DNA of 53,299 nucleotides, filler included, from Asterionella formosa (Eukaryota): assembly GCA_002256025.1 (NCBI GenBank). It is 4 parts of 4 records of this genome, joined end to end, with 100 filler letters (N's around TTAATTAATTAA, not from the genome) between each part and the next. Parts side by side here need not be neighbours in the genome. Positions count along the whole stretch, not along the records: positions 1 to 13,260 come from NKIB01006835.1; positions 13,361 to 26,615 come from NKIB01006846.1; 2 more parts are not named here. One strand, given 5' to 3'. The notes beneath the pieces are model-generated. The model did no database searches. It was not told the DNA's origin and worked only from the letters and a program-made list of their open reading frames with translations. The position numbers and the translations under genes are program-made. Below, one piece after another: positions 11,897 through 23,979 of the stretch. Every line of letters begins with the position of its first letter. Position 1 is the stretch's first letter.

Positions 11897-13260
11897 TAAG
11901 TCATAACCGCAAGGATTTTGGTATCAAATTGTTTAAGCCTTTTTTTGCGGGAGTTCTTCATGTGTACCGGTACATCATATGACAATAACATTTTATCATA
12001 TATATACACAGAGCAGCTACCAGTAGCAGATCATATGACAATAACATTTTATCATATATATACACAGAGTAGCTACCAGTAGCAGATAGGAAGTGATATA
12101 CTGGGGGTAGTCGGAGTAGTAAGCAAGAAACAGAACACCATATGTTCATGACTGTTGCTACTGCAGTGGGACAGTAAATCATCATAGTTTCAGGATCGTA
12201 TGATCGTAATACTGAAAAAGGATAGTCGGAGTGATAAGCGAGCAACAGAGCACCATATGTTCATGACTGCTGCTACTGCATCGGGACAGTAAATTATCAA
12301 AGTTTCAGGATCCTATGATCGTAAAACTGAAAAGGGGTAGTTGGATTAGTAAATGAGCAACAAAACATCATATGTTCAGGACTGTTGCTACTACCGTGGG
12401 ACAGTGAATCATCATAGTTTTAGGATCGTATAATCGTATAATTAAAAACAAGATATGCTATTACTGAAACTCGTTTCTGATTTTGTATATGATAATGTAA
12501 ATAGCACTGTTGGTCTTATGGTATCATCATTTGTAGACAGCGTAAAATATTATTTGTAGTGGCTGATCATTCATTTCATTGTAACTAGCAACACCTGGAT
12601 GTAAGATCATCGACTTTTAAGTAAGACAACAACAACAGTTATCTATTAGTACAATGTCTTCAAGAAACCATAAAGAGGTTCATGGAAAAAAAGCGACATG
12701 TGGCAAATACTGCCGGTATGGAACAAAGAAGCCAGTTCCAAAATGAGTTAACAAAGAAAAAACGAATAGGCGATTATGCAAAGCAACCCACTCGTCCAAA
12801 CGAGGTTATCAAGACTCTTCAATTTCAGCAGCCTTATCAGAACGTCGTTCCCTCTTAGTAAAAATTGAACCGAACCATCAATTGTCACAAACGTTGTGAG
12901 TTTTATTTTCAAGAAAAAGAAGTTTTGCTGTGAACATGTTAGTTTGATGTTATAGTTTGTGAATTGCAGGTACTGTAAAACAGAATATCAATCAAATGTG
13001 CTTTTTTTGTTCCCAAAAGAGAATCAAATATCCCGCCATTATCTGGTCCAAGTAGTATTAAAGGCATTTCCAATCACAAACAGAATTGGTTTGCCGAATG
13101 TTTGCCTTTCTCAGGGAAGCCATCATGGATACAAAGCAAGTCTGGCGGGATGTTCTTGCTCCAGTGTATTTTATAGGCAGGACAAGCCATGGAGAACCAT
13201 TTCTAACAGGAGACAAATCTGGTGTGACCAAGCCAAATTTCAGTCTTCGGGCACAGTGTG
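11897..13260 (-). mobile_element. Inverted, internally deleted copy of the left arm of the 1-2299 element, ending in the TIR
   Basis: Reverse complement of ~1-1915, lacking ~143-300 and ~600-930. The TIR at ~13116-13260 ends GGGCACAGTGTG at the contig end. Confidence 0.85.
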
Positions 13261-13360
13261 NNNNNNNNNNNNNNNNNNNNNNNNNNNNNNNNNNNNNNNN
13301 NNNNTTAATTAATTAANNNNNNNNNNNNNNNNNNNNNNNNNNNNNNNNNNNNNNNNNNNN
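13261..13360. other. Artificial contig linker
   Basis: N44-TTAATTAATTAA-N44, giving stops in all frames. Confidence 0.98.
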
Positions 13361-14300
13361 AATCTTTCAATCTCTGCACTTCTTCAGCTTGGGAAACTTT
13401 CAAGTTTTCCAGTTCCTTGAAAAGAAAACCCACATCAACTCCACTGGATCCTTGGATGATCAAGGCGTCTTTATCACTGACCACTTTGGTTTTGTCAGTT
13501 ACACAGTATTTGATGACTTGATTCAAAACAGAACCATTATTTGCATTCATGGTAGTGACTGTATTCGGTAGTTGAATCTTTGGTAGTTTCTTAACTTCAT
13601 CAATGGTCATGTTCAAGGTATTTGCAGCAAGACATTCATGCAGGTTTATCTCGAAATTGAAACTATCAAAAAGATTGTAGAGAGGAGTATCTACTCCTGG
13701 CTTCATTATGTGAGCAAGAGCACAGTCAGCAACTGCACATCCTTTCTCCCTTGCTGGTGTGTTTGCTCTCTCAGCCAGCAACAGCAGCATGCGTGTCTTG
13801 AATTTCCCAAACTTGTCATCAATGGTGCCAAATGTTTTGTCAGCATGCAATGCCCGTACCATTATTCTAGCAAAGCACTCTACATCATACTTGTATGATA
13901 CATAATTGTTTCTCTTCAGGGAAGCTAGGGTGGCGAAATCTGCAACATTAGCAACGCCCAGCCAGCGATCTCGACTCTCTTTGAGTTGAACAATCATCTG
14001 AAAGAAAGAACCAATTGTATGCGCACCAGGTAATCGTATTTCATTCTTAACAACCCCGATGGCATTAGCAACAAGTGCACCAATTTTGGTATTCTTGATC
14101 TGCTCAACTTTATTATTTCTAAAAAGTTGGATGATAGAAGAACGTACAGAACCATTGCTACCAGCTGCCAACATGTCTGAGGAAAGACCCTCACAAGCTC
14201 CAATCATACAGTTTAGTTTTCCAAAAAGTTCTAGATAGAACTCACTGTATTTCTTACAAGAAAGGATTGCTTTTTGTTCCTCCTGATCGTCAGAATCCTG
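13361..14300 (-). pseudogene. 5'-truncated paralog of the 23980-25941 LRR/unknown-domain gene (3' end cut by the contig edge)
   Basis: Translation nearly matches 23980-25240 from QDSDDQEEQKAILSCKKYSEFY onward. Homology stops abruptly at 14300. Confidence 0.75.
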
Positions 14301-14900
14301 TGTCCCACTACTGATTTTCATATAACTTTGTTTATCAAGAATATACCACAAATAGTAGCCACTTGAGGTTGAAATTAATGTATACCAAATCTTCCTTGAT
14401 TTCGTACTTTTTATAACCATGGGAAGGTTCTTGGGATGCTCTCACTCATTATCATGGCTGGCTCACTCATTAACTACATTGCATTACTCTTAGTTGTCAC
14501 CACTGTCAAATATTTTACATGGTTTCATGTATGTATAACATGTGTACCAGTATTTATACTAATTTTTATATGGATGGTGTCTTTTGCTATTTATTTTGGT
14601 GTCCGATGACGTCATGAAACCTATCCCTATTCCCAAATTTGGGCGGATTAGGGTTAGGGTTTCACAATATCTCCACGACCGGTTTTATAACATCACTAAG
14701 CATGCTCCACAAAACCCGAAAAGTACGTGGAGATATTGAGAGGTTTACGGTATTGTCACCTCATACTCAGGCTACAACTCGTTCTTGTACAGACAAGATG
14801 ACGACATTGGTATCGTCTATTGGTGATGGAGGGGACGCAATAACACGTTGGTCTCGTACAAACAAGGTGACATTGATATCTATTGTCACCTCGTACTTAG

Positions 14901-15212
14901 GTTAAAAGTAAGATCAAACGAGCTTAAAGTTGTTATCTGTGATCTTATTTATTGGCAATCATATCTAACCAGAAAGTATGATGTGTAATTTTTTAGTAGT
15001 AAGATATATTCATGTTAAAAGTAAGATCAAAAAAGCTAAACATTGTTATCTGTGATCTTATTTAATGGCAATCGTATCTAACCAAAGTAGGATCTGTATT
15101 TTTTAGTAGTAAGATATATTCATGTTAAAAGTAAGATCAAAAAAGCTAAAAATTGTCATCTGTGATCTTATTTATTGGCAATCATTTCTAACTAGGAGGT
15201 ATGATCTGTAAA
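14901..15212. repeat. Tandem repeat, ~111-bp unit, 3 copies
   Basis: GTTAAAAGTAAGATCAAA..TGTGATCTTATTT.. at 14901, 15014 and 15124. Confidence 0.9.
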
Positions 15213-15700
15213 TCGTAAAGATTGATTCAAGCGATTCATCTACTGGTCAATATTTTATGATTTGTATCATATGAAAAATTTCGTATGACTCCCGCTTATT
15301 GAGGGGCTTAATTAAATTACTTACTTGTATGTACAAGAATTGATGCGGAAAAATTCAAAGACAGTACATCAGGTCGTGACAAACAATGATATCCTCATAC
15401 ATTGTATATATTTGAATTATGTGTAAGCTTGATTGGTGATAGTATAAAAATTATGTCTATATATTTATATGTTTTCAAAATTTTATAAATGTATACCTAG
15501 CCTATACATTTGGAATCATGTTTAGAGGTTCCTTGTAATGCCTACTACCGGTAACACATGATCCTGAAATGAAAGATGATCTCTGACCTGTGACAAGAAA
15601 GGAAAACTGAAAGAACGAGGCTTCAACGCACACAATGATGATAACCCTTGCGGCCTAGAAGGATTGAAAATGGAAAAGTGAATGGAATCTAGCTATGGTA

Positions 15701-16431
15701 CATCTAAGCCGCGTATTACGTGAAGTGAACCGTCACATAAATAAGCCTAGTTGATTTTGAATGCATCACATGAATTAGTTGAATACATCAAAATATGTAG
15801 TTGAATATATCTATATATTATCTGAATACATTACGTTAAATATTTGATCAAAGTATCATGCATGCATTCCTGATCATCACTATATTATGTGATCACCTTC
15901 ACATAATTATTTGAAATACTTCACATAATTATTTGAAATACTTCACATAATTATTTGAAATACTTCACATAATTATTTGAAAATACTTCACATAATTTTT
16001 GAAATACTTCACGTAATTCTGTAATTTCGTTCACATAATTCTAGAATAAAGTTCACTTAATATGTAACATTTGTTTACGTAATTTTCTGGAGTTTATTCA
16101 ACTAAATTAAAGAGTTTCATTAATGAAATAAAGCCTGCTCATTCGGAACGGCATGCGAATGCTCCTGTACTGAAAGGGTTTGCTGCAATGTCAATTGAAT
16201 GTAGAGGAAGATCAGTGTGAGTTATCAGTAGCGTTGCTCATATAGCCGTGGGGTTCTCGCGTTCAAAATTCATTGTGAAAACTTCACATGAAACAGTTAA
16301 AACTTCACATGAAACCGTTAAAAGTAATGTTTTTTACGTGAAGAGTGGCATTAATGCATGTGAAGTACCACATAATTAACACTCATACGTAGACGAAATT
16401 TCGAAAAGTGGCGAATTTCGTGGCTTAGATG
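15701..16431. mobile_element. MITE with TA target duplication (Tc1/mariner-type), containing a 22-bp minisatellite
   Basis: TA|CATCTAAGCCGCG ... CGTGGCTTAGATG|TA. Internal ACTTCACATAATTATTTGAAAT x5-6 at ~15897-16020. No ORF. Confidence 0.75.
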
Positions 16432-16984
16432 TATGTCAATAGTACATGCCAAGGTGATCAATTGTTGGGTTCACAAAGACAAAATGATTGCCTCCTTCCC
16501 TAGCAAAAATTCAAAAGCACATTTCGCATTCAGCGGGATACCACCAATGTCGACCAAAAACCTGTAAATGCTCTTGTTGGATCAATGAAGGCAACCACTG
16601 TTAGCTAGAACATCACTGACAAATGTTTGTTTTTCAATCTTTCAGGATAATTTTAATCAAAGAGATTTGTTGTAAGTTGTAAATGACATTGGTGGAACGG
16701 TTTATTGATTAGTACTTATGTGATCATTGACTGACACAACAATGTGATCATTGACTGACACATTATTTTACTGAATTATGCGAAAAGTTCATCGATTTCT
16801 GGTAAGTGGAGCATGCTAAGATGGGACTGCAGTGTTGAGATATAAACAAAACATGGCTAACGAGCGAGTAATTCCTTCTCATTGTTGTTATGGCTGATTA
16901 GCAAATCAAAATAGATAAAACAGAATCGGATCAAAAGGAAATGGGATTTGCAGCATGAAGTCAGATGAGTTTCAGAATCAGAGT

Positions 16985-17205
16985 GGAAGGGAAGCGGGAG
17001 GCATGCATCAAGAGATTTGAAGGCAGGATGCAATGCATCCTCAAGAGCATTGAAGGGAAGCGGGGGGGGGAGAGGCAGGCATCCTCAAGAGCATTGAAGG
17101 GAAGCGGGAGGCATGTAACCTTAAGAGCATTGAAGGGAGTTTGGGGAGGCATGCATCCTCAAGAGCATTGAAGGGAGGAAGGAGGCATGCATCAAGAGCA
17201 TTGAG
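16985..17205. repeat. Purine-rich minisatellite, ~35-45-bp unit
   Basis: Recurring GCATCCTCAAGAGCATTGAAGGGAAGCGGGAGGCAT, about 6 variants. Confidence 0.85.
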
Positions 17206-17568
17206 ACAAGAATAGAAAAGGGGAAAATTGGCTGTTTACCCACACAAAATGTAGAAACATAAAAATGATTTCGTGAAATAACAGTAAAATTACAATCCAT
17301 TTCAACCTATTTTTAACAGCTATTTCGATTAGAGTTACCATAATACAAGGCAGGATAGATATATGATAAAAGAATATACATCATACTAGGATAATGTTTT
17401 GATAATTATATGGTGGTTTGATTATTAAGAGTAAGCTTAGGTTGTTCACTCTCATAGTATGCATTTATCATACATTTAATGAAATATGTATCATGCACAG
17501 AAAAATTCTGTGCTAGTTATCGTATGATACCCCTGATCTTATAAGTACGATATTTTTTATTTGCAGAC

Positions 17569-17915
17569 GTTCACAGTAGTCACGTCATGTTCCGACCAGG
17601 TATTGAGACAAGGGGAAGAAGGGAATGCTGGTAGGGCAATCCTACAGTTTCACTGTACCAGTGTAGTAATAAGTACAGTTTCACAGTACCAGCGTAGTAA
17701 AAGGTACAGTTTCACAGTAGCCACGTCATGTTTCGACCGGGTATTGAAACAAGGGGAAGAAGGGAATGCTGGTAGGGCAATCCTACAGTTTCACAGTACC
17801 AGTGTAGTAATAGGTACAGTTTCACTGTAGCCATATCATGTTCCAACCGGGTATTGAAACAAGGGGAAGAAGGGAATGCTGGTAGAGCAAACCTACAGTC
17901 TCACAGTACCAGTGC
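17569..17915. repeat. Tandem repeat, ~110-140-bp unit, 3 copies
   Basis: CATGTTCCGACC.GGTATTGA.ACAAGGGGAAGAAGGGAATGCTGGTAG repeated three times. Confidence 0.9.
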
Positions 17916-20900
17916 ATGAACTGTTTCCATTAAGGTTATTGCGTCCCTTTGCAGATCCGCCAATCAAAACAATTTCTTCATAGGTAGTGGCGTTAAGGAA
18001 CTGTTCAGGAATATCAGTATCTTCATCCAGATACTGAAAATTTTTCATGGTGCTGTTAACTAGAAATTTACCGCGAACACTCAGGAAAGTATATGCCTCT
18101 GTGCTGGTATGAATGGAATCACCAACATGGGTGCCATCATGAAGACACTTTCCTTGCTTGCTGAGCCTGTGCTTGAAGGATATTACTGGACCCAGTAAGT
18201 AATGATCGTGACTCTTGATTCCTGTTCGGAAGAAGCTGAAAGGAGCTAACAACAGGAGGAAAGCCCAAGGTCATTCATAAAAAATAAAATGGGCAACTAA
18301 TCATTACTTGCGACAGGCAAGTCGTTCATTTTTTCAAATCGTTCCCATGAAATATTTCAGTGAATCATGCAATCATCTTCTTTGCTTCTAAGCATGCTAT
18401 TTGGAGTGCTTTTTATATTTGGGCAACAGTAGATCCCTTGAACACTCATACGTACGCTGGTGTGACGATGAGACTGAGAGTGATTATTTTCTGCATCCAT
18501 GTTGAGCAAGGTTTTTTCACACGTGTAGTATCATCAGGAATAATAGAACCGGTAGGGTGTCACATTATTTATCACATCGACCACATTAACTACATTAATT
18601 CTGTTCACTCTTCGTTTTTCGATACCGTTAGCAACAAGACAGAACATTTACTCAAGCAACAACAATAACAAGAAGAATGATGATGGTGGAGGCAAGAAGG
18701 AGCCGAGGAACCCCTTGACACCCTTGACAATGGAGGTTCCGATGACAAGAAGAAGCCCCTAGCTTGTCGATTCTCCAAGATGGAACTCATGGTGATGGAT
18801 AAGAATCGTCATTCCTTGCAGAGAAGCGCCTTATTGCTGGGAGAAGTTGTGCACGAAGGCAAATGAAAAAAAAGCTGGCACCCACATCCTCGGAAAAGTA
18901 TGATCCAGATTCCAGCAGATATCCAATCTTTCCCAGCATTTCTGATTCCAACAACATTACTCTCCAAGACAAGCAAAAGAGTGTCGGACAAAAGCTCATA
19001 TGCAATTGCTGCTACTTTTGCTACTGCTGGCCTATATCATGATGCTCATGCAAATCTAATAGAATAGACTACTCATAGCTTACAAACTAACGGGATACAG
19101 CGAAGATATGCCGGAATACACTACCAGTACTACAATACCGGTAGACGCGTACATACATACAAGTGACAAACCGGTATTATATTCGTCAACCACACAAGCA
19201 ATCAAGATAATGGTGAGACATCCAGCATCAGCTGATGACATTGTTCTTTCCAGAAGTCTACTGCAGCAGTGATATGGATAAGCGAAATTGATGCACTCCG
19301 CAGCGCACACTTCGCTGTAGACCAATACATGGATACGACTGGTACCTGGTACAGGGTACTCACTCATCACTGTCTGCGAGGAATGTCTGATTTGTTTCTG
19401 GACATTTCTATTCACTTTCTCCTACTACCGGTACCTGGTATGATTATTTACCCACACCTCCCATCCTCATCGTCTCTCCCAAGCAACCACTTACTTTACA
19501 CAGTACTTACATTAGATTCCCTCATCGCATGAGAGGAATCAACCTTGTAGCTTCCACCATGTTACCTTACCTTACTTTATTGAGACTTTCTCCAGAGCGA
19601 GTTCGCTCATGACGGAGAAACAACGACGACATAAAGTCATCAATGAATGACATGGAACCGAATGAACTACACAGACAACACTCCAGTAAGAAGCTGCTAC
19701 AGTACTACAGTACAACTACCGGTACACTGCTTGTGTTGAGAACAGAGTTGACCAGCCATGTCTGTTCATCCTTCTAGTATTACCAGTACTCGACTACTCC
19801 TACACCCATGTATGAACTGATATGAGTTCATCATTGTGCATCGTAATTGCAGAGGTGGTTGGCAGCAAGCCAGCAGTTCGTTTGGATTAGGCTTTACATA
19901 GCTAGTACAGTGCTCTGGATACTTCAGGTTCCAGCACTCATCAAGGCTTTGTATGCTGCTGGGTTGGCTTGGTTTGTCTTGTCTTGGGTATCTCTTCACA
20001 CAACTGCAGCGTTGTGAACCAGCAGTTCACCTGCTACTGCCATTGCCACTACTTGCAGGAGCAAGGGACAGTCAAATCCTGATTCATCAATAGAATCAGA
20101 AGACATCAACACTTGAGTTGGATCCAGCAACGAGTGAAACTACCAGTATTACTTCCTGACTTGGAGGCGACCTCATTTATTAGAAAAGACCAACAAAGCT
20201 ATGCTTGCATGGCTGGTAACCGTGATCTCAGTCTCGCTGCTGCTCGTTCGTGTGCTTGATGGATTCTGGAGAGAACCTCCACTTGGATCATTGAATCAAA
20301 CTTTATCACAAGAAAGGAACCTCGATTATCGAATGGCTAGACATGAGAAGCGGCCACAACGACGACATTAAAACCAGCCACACAGCAAATACAAATTTAT
20401 TGTTTCTAGACCAAAGCTTAAAAGTCTGCATACCGGTATTCGCTTCAAGCTGTTCACCAGCCATGGGGGGGGGGGGGGGATTTTTTNNNNNNNNNNCCCC
20501 CCACCCCCCCCCCCCCCCCGCATTGATTGTTCTCCACATGTGATTCAACTATGGTACCCTTACTGAAGCTTTGAGGGAAGCTGCCAAGTTCTTTCTTGTC
20601 TCGATCTGGAACCTGACTGAATCATGAAGAATGAAAGCCACGATCAAAATAATGAACAACTTGCCCTTTAGTACAGTTTATTTATTCATTTATTTGCCAA
20701 TCCGCAGGTTTCCTTTTTGATGGCAAACTATCGTGGTACCGGTACATACATAGCTATCAAACATGGAAGGACCTATATACATTACCGGCACTATTCATCA
20801 TCAGTGCAACTGTCCTATTAAATATCACTTGAATGCTGATTATTCTACTTTGAATTGTCCTTGGACTTATTATGGAGTAGCACATTCTGCTTCTGGTACT

Positions 20901-21235
20901 TAGTATGGAGTAGCACATTTGGCTATTGGATCCTCATCAGAATAGGAGTCCTTGCGAAGGGTGAATTTCTATTTGGAAATATCTTGTATATGATATATCA
21001 TATGATGTCCAAGCGCCAATTTCATTTTTTCAAATAATTCCAATGGAACCATATACCGTATCTTTGGTGACTTACCGCTTACTGCACCAACTGATGAATC
21101 AGATATCCATAGTACTTGATGGGTACTGGTACAACGTGGTTGTACCATCTACGTAGATTCATTACAACCTAGTAAAAAGTAGTGCTGGAACGGCCTCAAG
21201 TCCCAACTTGTTGGACCTACCATTACAGCAGGGCA

Positions 21236-21394
21236 CTAACAGGCCAATTCGTCTTTAGATAGCATCTTATCAGCATGTCTGAAAATTTTAAGGTCCGGCC
21301 ACTGCTGACCACGCGGAAAAGGCCCATTAATCCAAACTATATCGCCCGTGCAGATGCATAACCCAACCTCGTAGCGAACACCAGGGCCATTGAA
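21236..21394 (-). mobile_element. PIF/Harbinger-ISL2EU-type (DDE_Tnp_4-like) transposase fragment, not in the ORF track
   Basis: Manual translation FNGPGVRYEVGLCICTGDIVWINGPFPRGQQWPDLKIFRH matches the KFxGPGxRYE..TGxIVWxNGP...WxDxxIF pattern. Confidence 0.7.
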
Positions 21395-21619
21395 TGAAGA
21401 CAACATGTTTCAAAGCCCCCCTCAAGGAAAGCGTCAGAGGTATTTAGTGCGTGCTCGTCACGAAACAGTGAACAGTGAAATTGATGTGGACAAGCATGGT
21501 CCTGTATTTGAACAAACTTATTCACCATGTCTGTCGTAGCTTCCCGTAAGCAGCCTGGAGGAGATTATCTATGGTGGTAGATATTAAAGTTGGGTTCGTA
21601 AATTTTGCTAAAATGATCG

Positions 21620-21981
21620 TTCGAAGGCGATGCCTTGGTGGCAAGTTTTCGTAGCTTTTCCATTAGTAGCTCTAATCGTTCGAAATACTCTGTCACTTCC
21701 TGCAGCAGTGACATCGTACTTGGCTCGATAGTGGCTGTCAGCATCGCCACGTGCCATGCAAGAGGTTTGGCCCTATCGATTATCTCGATGAGCTTCTCGT
21801 TGGGAAGTTTTGCTGGTACACCATTTCCCGTGGGAAAATGTGTTAAATAATTATTTACTTCAATTAGACGGTCTACGAAGGCTTTTATGCCGCCGTTACA
21901 TAGTCTTAATTGATAACGCATATAAGTTTTCTGCTTAGAGAGCCCATCTAAAGGTATGAACCGGTTGTTTAGGGCTTCCAT
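21620..21981 (-). mobile_element. Ty3/Gypsy gag fragment (diatom type)
   Basis: QKTYMR...FVDRLIEVNNYLTHFP...LIEIIDRAKPLAW...EYFERLE pattern. No pol. Confidence 0.65.
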
Positions 21982-22147
21982 AAGGTAGGACTATTTGTAC
22001 TATCAATGGTGGTAGATATTAAAGGTGGGTGCGTATATTTTGCTAAAATGATCGAGGCACTTGTGCCGGTATCTAGTAGCACACGGAGTACGCATCTTAT
22101 CCCATTTGCGCATGCAATTTCTGCAATCACTCATCGTTTTCGCTATC

Positions 22148-22390
22148 ATGATTGACTTCGGATGATTGGTCTGAGTCCCGTCCTGATTTGCCTATGCTCA
22201 TCGGTTCGCAGAAGAAGCAAAGGAGGAAGAGATGGAAGCCATTGAATCGGAGGATTTGGCAGGAGCAATGCCCCCTCAAGATGCCAAGAAAAAGTATGTC
22301 GTTGGATCCAGCAAAGAATCTCCGTTAGCAGAGGAGGTGAAAGTGGCAGAAGAATGCCGCAGTTGTGCCTCCTAAAGATGACAACGATAC
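22148..22390 (+). pseudogene. Decayed N-terminal fragment paralogous to the LRR protein at 7163-8716
   Basis: Translates YAHRFAEEAKEEEMEAIESEDLAGAMPPQDAKKKYVVGSSKESPLAEEVK versus YAHQFLEEAKEEEMEATALEDSSAMPPQNAQKEKYVGSGKEVPFADEAK. In-frame stop upstream. Confidence 0.75.
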
Positions 22391-23228
22391 AGAAAACCGA
22401 CTCGCTGTTGTTTTCCATCTTTTTGTGTTCCATAAAGATAAAGTCCTGGTTCTTCGAATGATACGGGATGATGCACTACCCGGTAGCTATTGACACTGAC
22501 ACTGAAGCATGAGACGACTCTTTGCAGTGACGGATGAGCGATTCCGGCTATTGAGACAGGAAAGTAACATCAGATCCATCGTGGCTCGACCCACCAGCAT
22601 ACACGTAAAGGAGGCATCATTCATGATACAACTCCTGCTGATGCTGCAGTAAAACATGAAGAAGGAGCAAAAATACGCCGTAGTCGTCATCTTCATGTTC
22701 ATGATCATGGTGAACAAAAGGGTACTACTCGACGAGAACTGACATTGCAACATGCCGGAAGGGAGAAAGCTGTTGCTACTACAGCAACAACAACAACTAC
22801 TACTTTCAATGAGGCATGAAATATCAATGAGACTCGCCAGAAGTCGTTGCACAGGAAAATCGAGAAAATAAGATACAAGCATTAACAAAGGAGTCAACCA
22901 CAACCTCCTAGTGAAGTAGTCTTTAGGGAGGACTGCGCACCACCACCACCACATCATCACCTTTTTCTGTCACCACCTGCGAAAGTGTGGATCACGTTTG
23001 ATCATGAGTATCCAGCACCAAGACATAGCTAAGGTCACATGTAAAACTACCAGGGATCAGAAACATATTTTGGAGGCACCACAGCAGCACCAAGCAATCT
23101 TTTCTAATGACGACAATTTGGAAGAGCATTGGTTGGAAAAAGAGAATCGAACTAGGAGAAAATCACTAGTATGCAGTTATATCTTAATCAATTTTTATCA
23201 TGACTACATCAAGAAAACAGATAACGTA

Positions 23229-23979
23229 TCACTTAATGTTCTTCCTCCGAAATATTGAGCGTTTTGGCTGTTTTTACATCTTTGTGCCATCATCTTCCTG
23301 CAGCTTTGCTATCATATTCTTAAGTGCGGAAATTTCTTCACAAAGCAATGTTGTTTGGTCCTTCAGCTCATACATGTCCTGAGTAATCCTACAAACTTCA
23401 TCCTTGTAAGCTTCACGATGATCTGCATGGATTAGACCGCCATCACTTTGTGGAGGGGCCTTCATCGTGGCCAAATCTTTTTTAAGTGCATCTAGTTCAC
23501 GCTCAAGTTTGGCTCTATCTGCAAGAGCATCATTCAACCTCTTGGAATGTTGCTTTTGAGAATCATTCAACCGCTTCACTTCTGTGGCAAGATAATCAAC
23601 ATCAACTTCACTGGATCCTTGGATGACCAAAGCTTCTTTATCACCAACCACTTTCGTTTTGTCAGTTACGCAGTATTGGATGTCTTGATTCAAAACAGAA
23701 CCATTATTTGCATTCATGGTAGTGACTGCATTTGGAAGTTGAATCTTTGGTAGTTTCTTAACTTCATCAATAGTCATGTTCAAGGTATTTACAGCAAGAC
23801 ATTCATGCAGGTTTATCTCGAAATTGAAACTATCAAAAAGATTGTAGAGAGGAGTATCTACTCCTGGCATCATTAAGTGAGCAAGAGCACAGTCAGCAAC
23901 TGCACATCCTTTCTGCCTTGCCGGTGTGTTTGCTCTCTCAGCCAGCAACAGCAGCATGGATGTCTTGAATTTCCCAATA
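23229..23979 (-). pseudogene. Tandem partial duplicate of the 3' half of the adjacent gene
   Basis: Highly similar to ~23978-24731. It begins immediately after the upstream copy's stop codon and has a small deletion near its 3' end. Confidence 0.85.

Noticed and set aside
13261..13360. TTAATTAATTAA motif recurring every ~13.35 kb
   Set aside because: Artificial linker between length-sorted contigs. ORFs running into it and cross-contig gene neighbourhoods are not real.
14301..14420. N-terminal 40 aa of ORF 13305-14420 as a true gene start
   Set aside because: Not homologous to the paralog; a chance open frame in adjacent unrelated sequence.
17893..20300. Multiple short ORFs
   Set aside because: No recognisable domains or consistent splice model; possibly decayed gene fragments.
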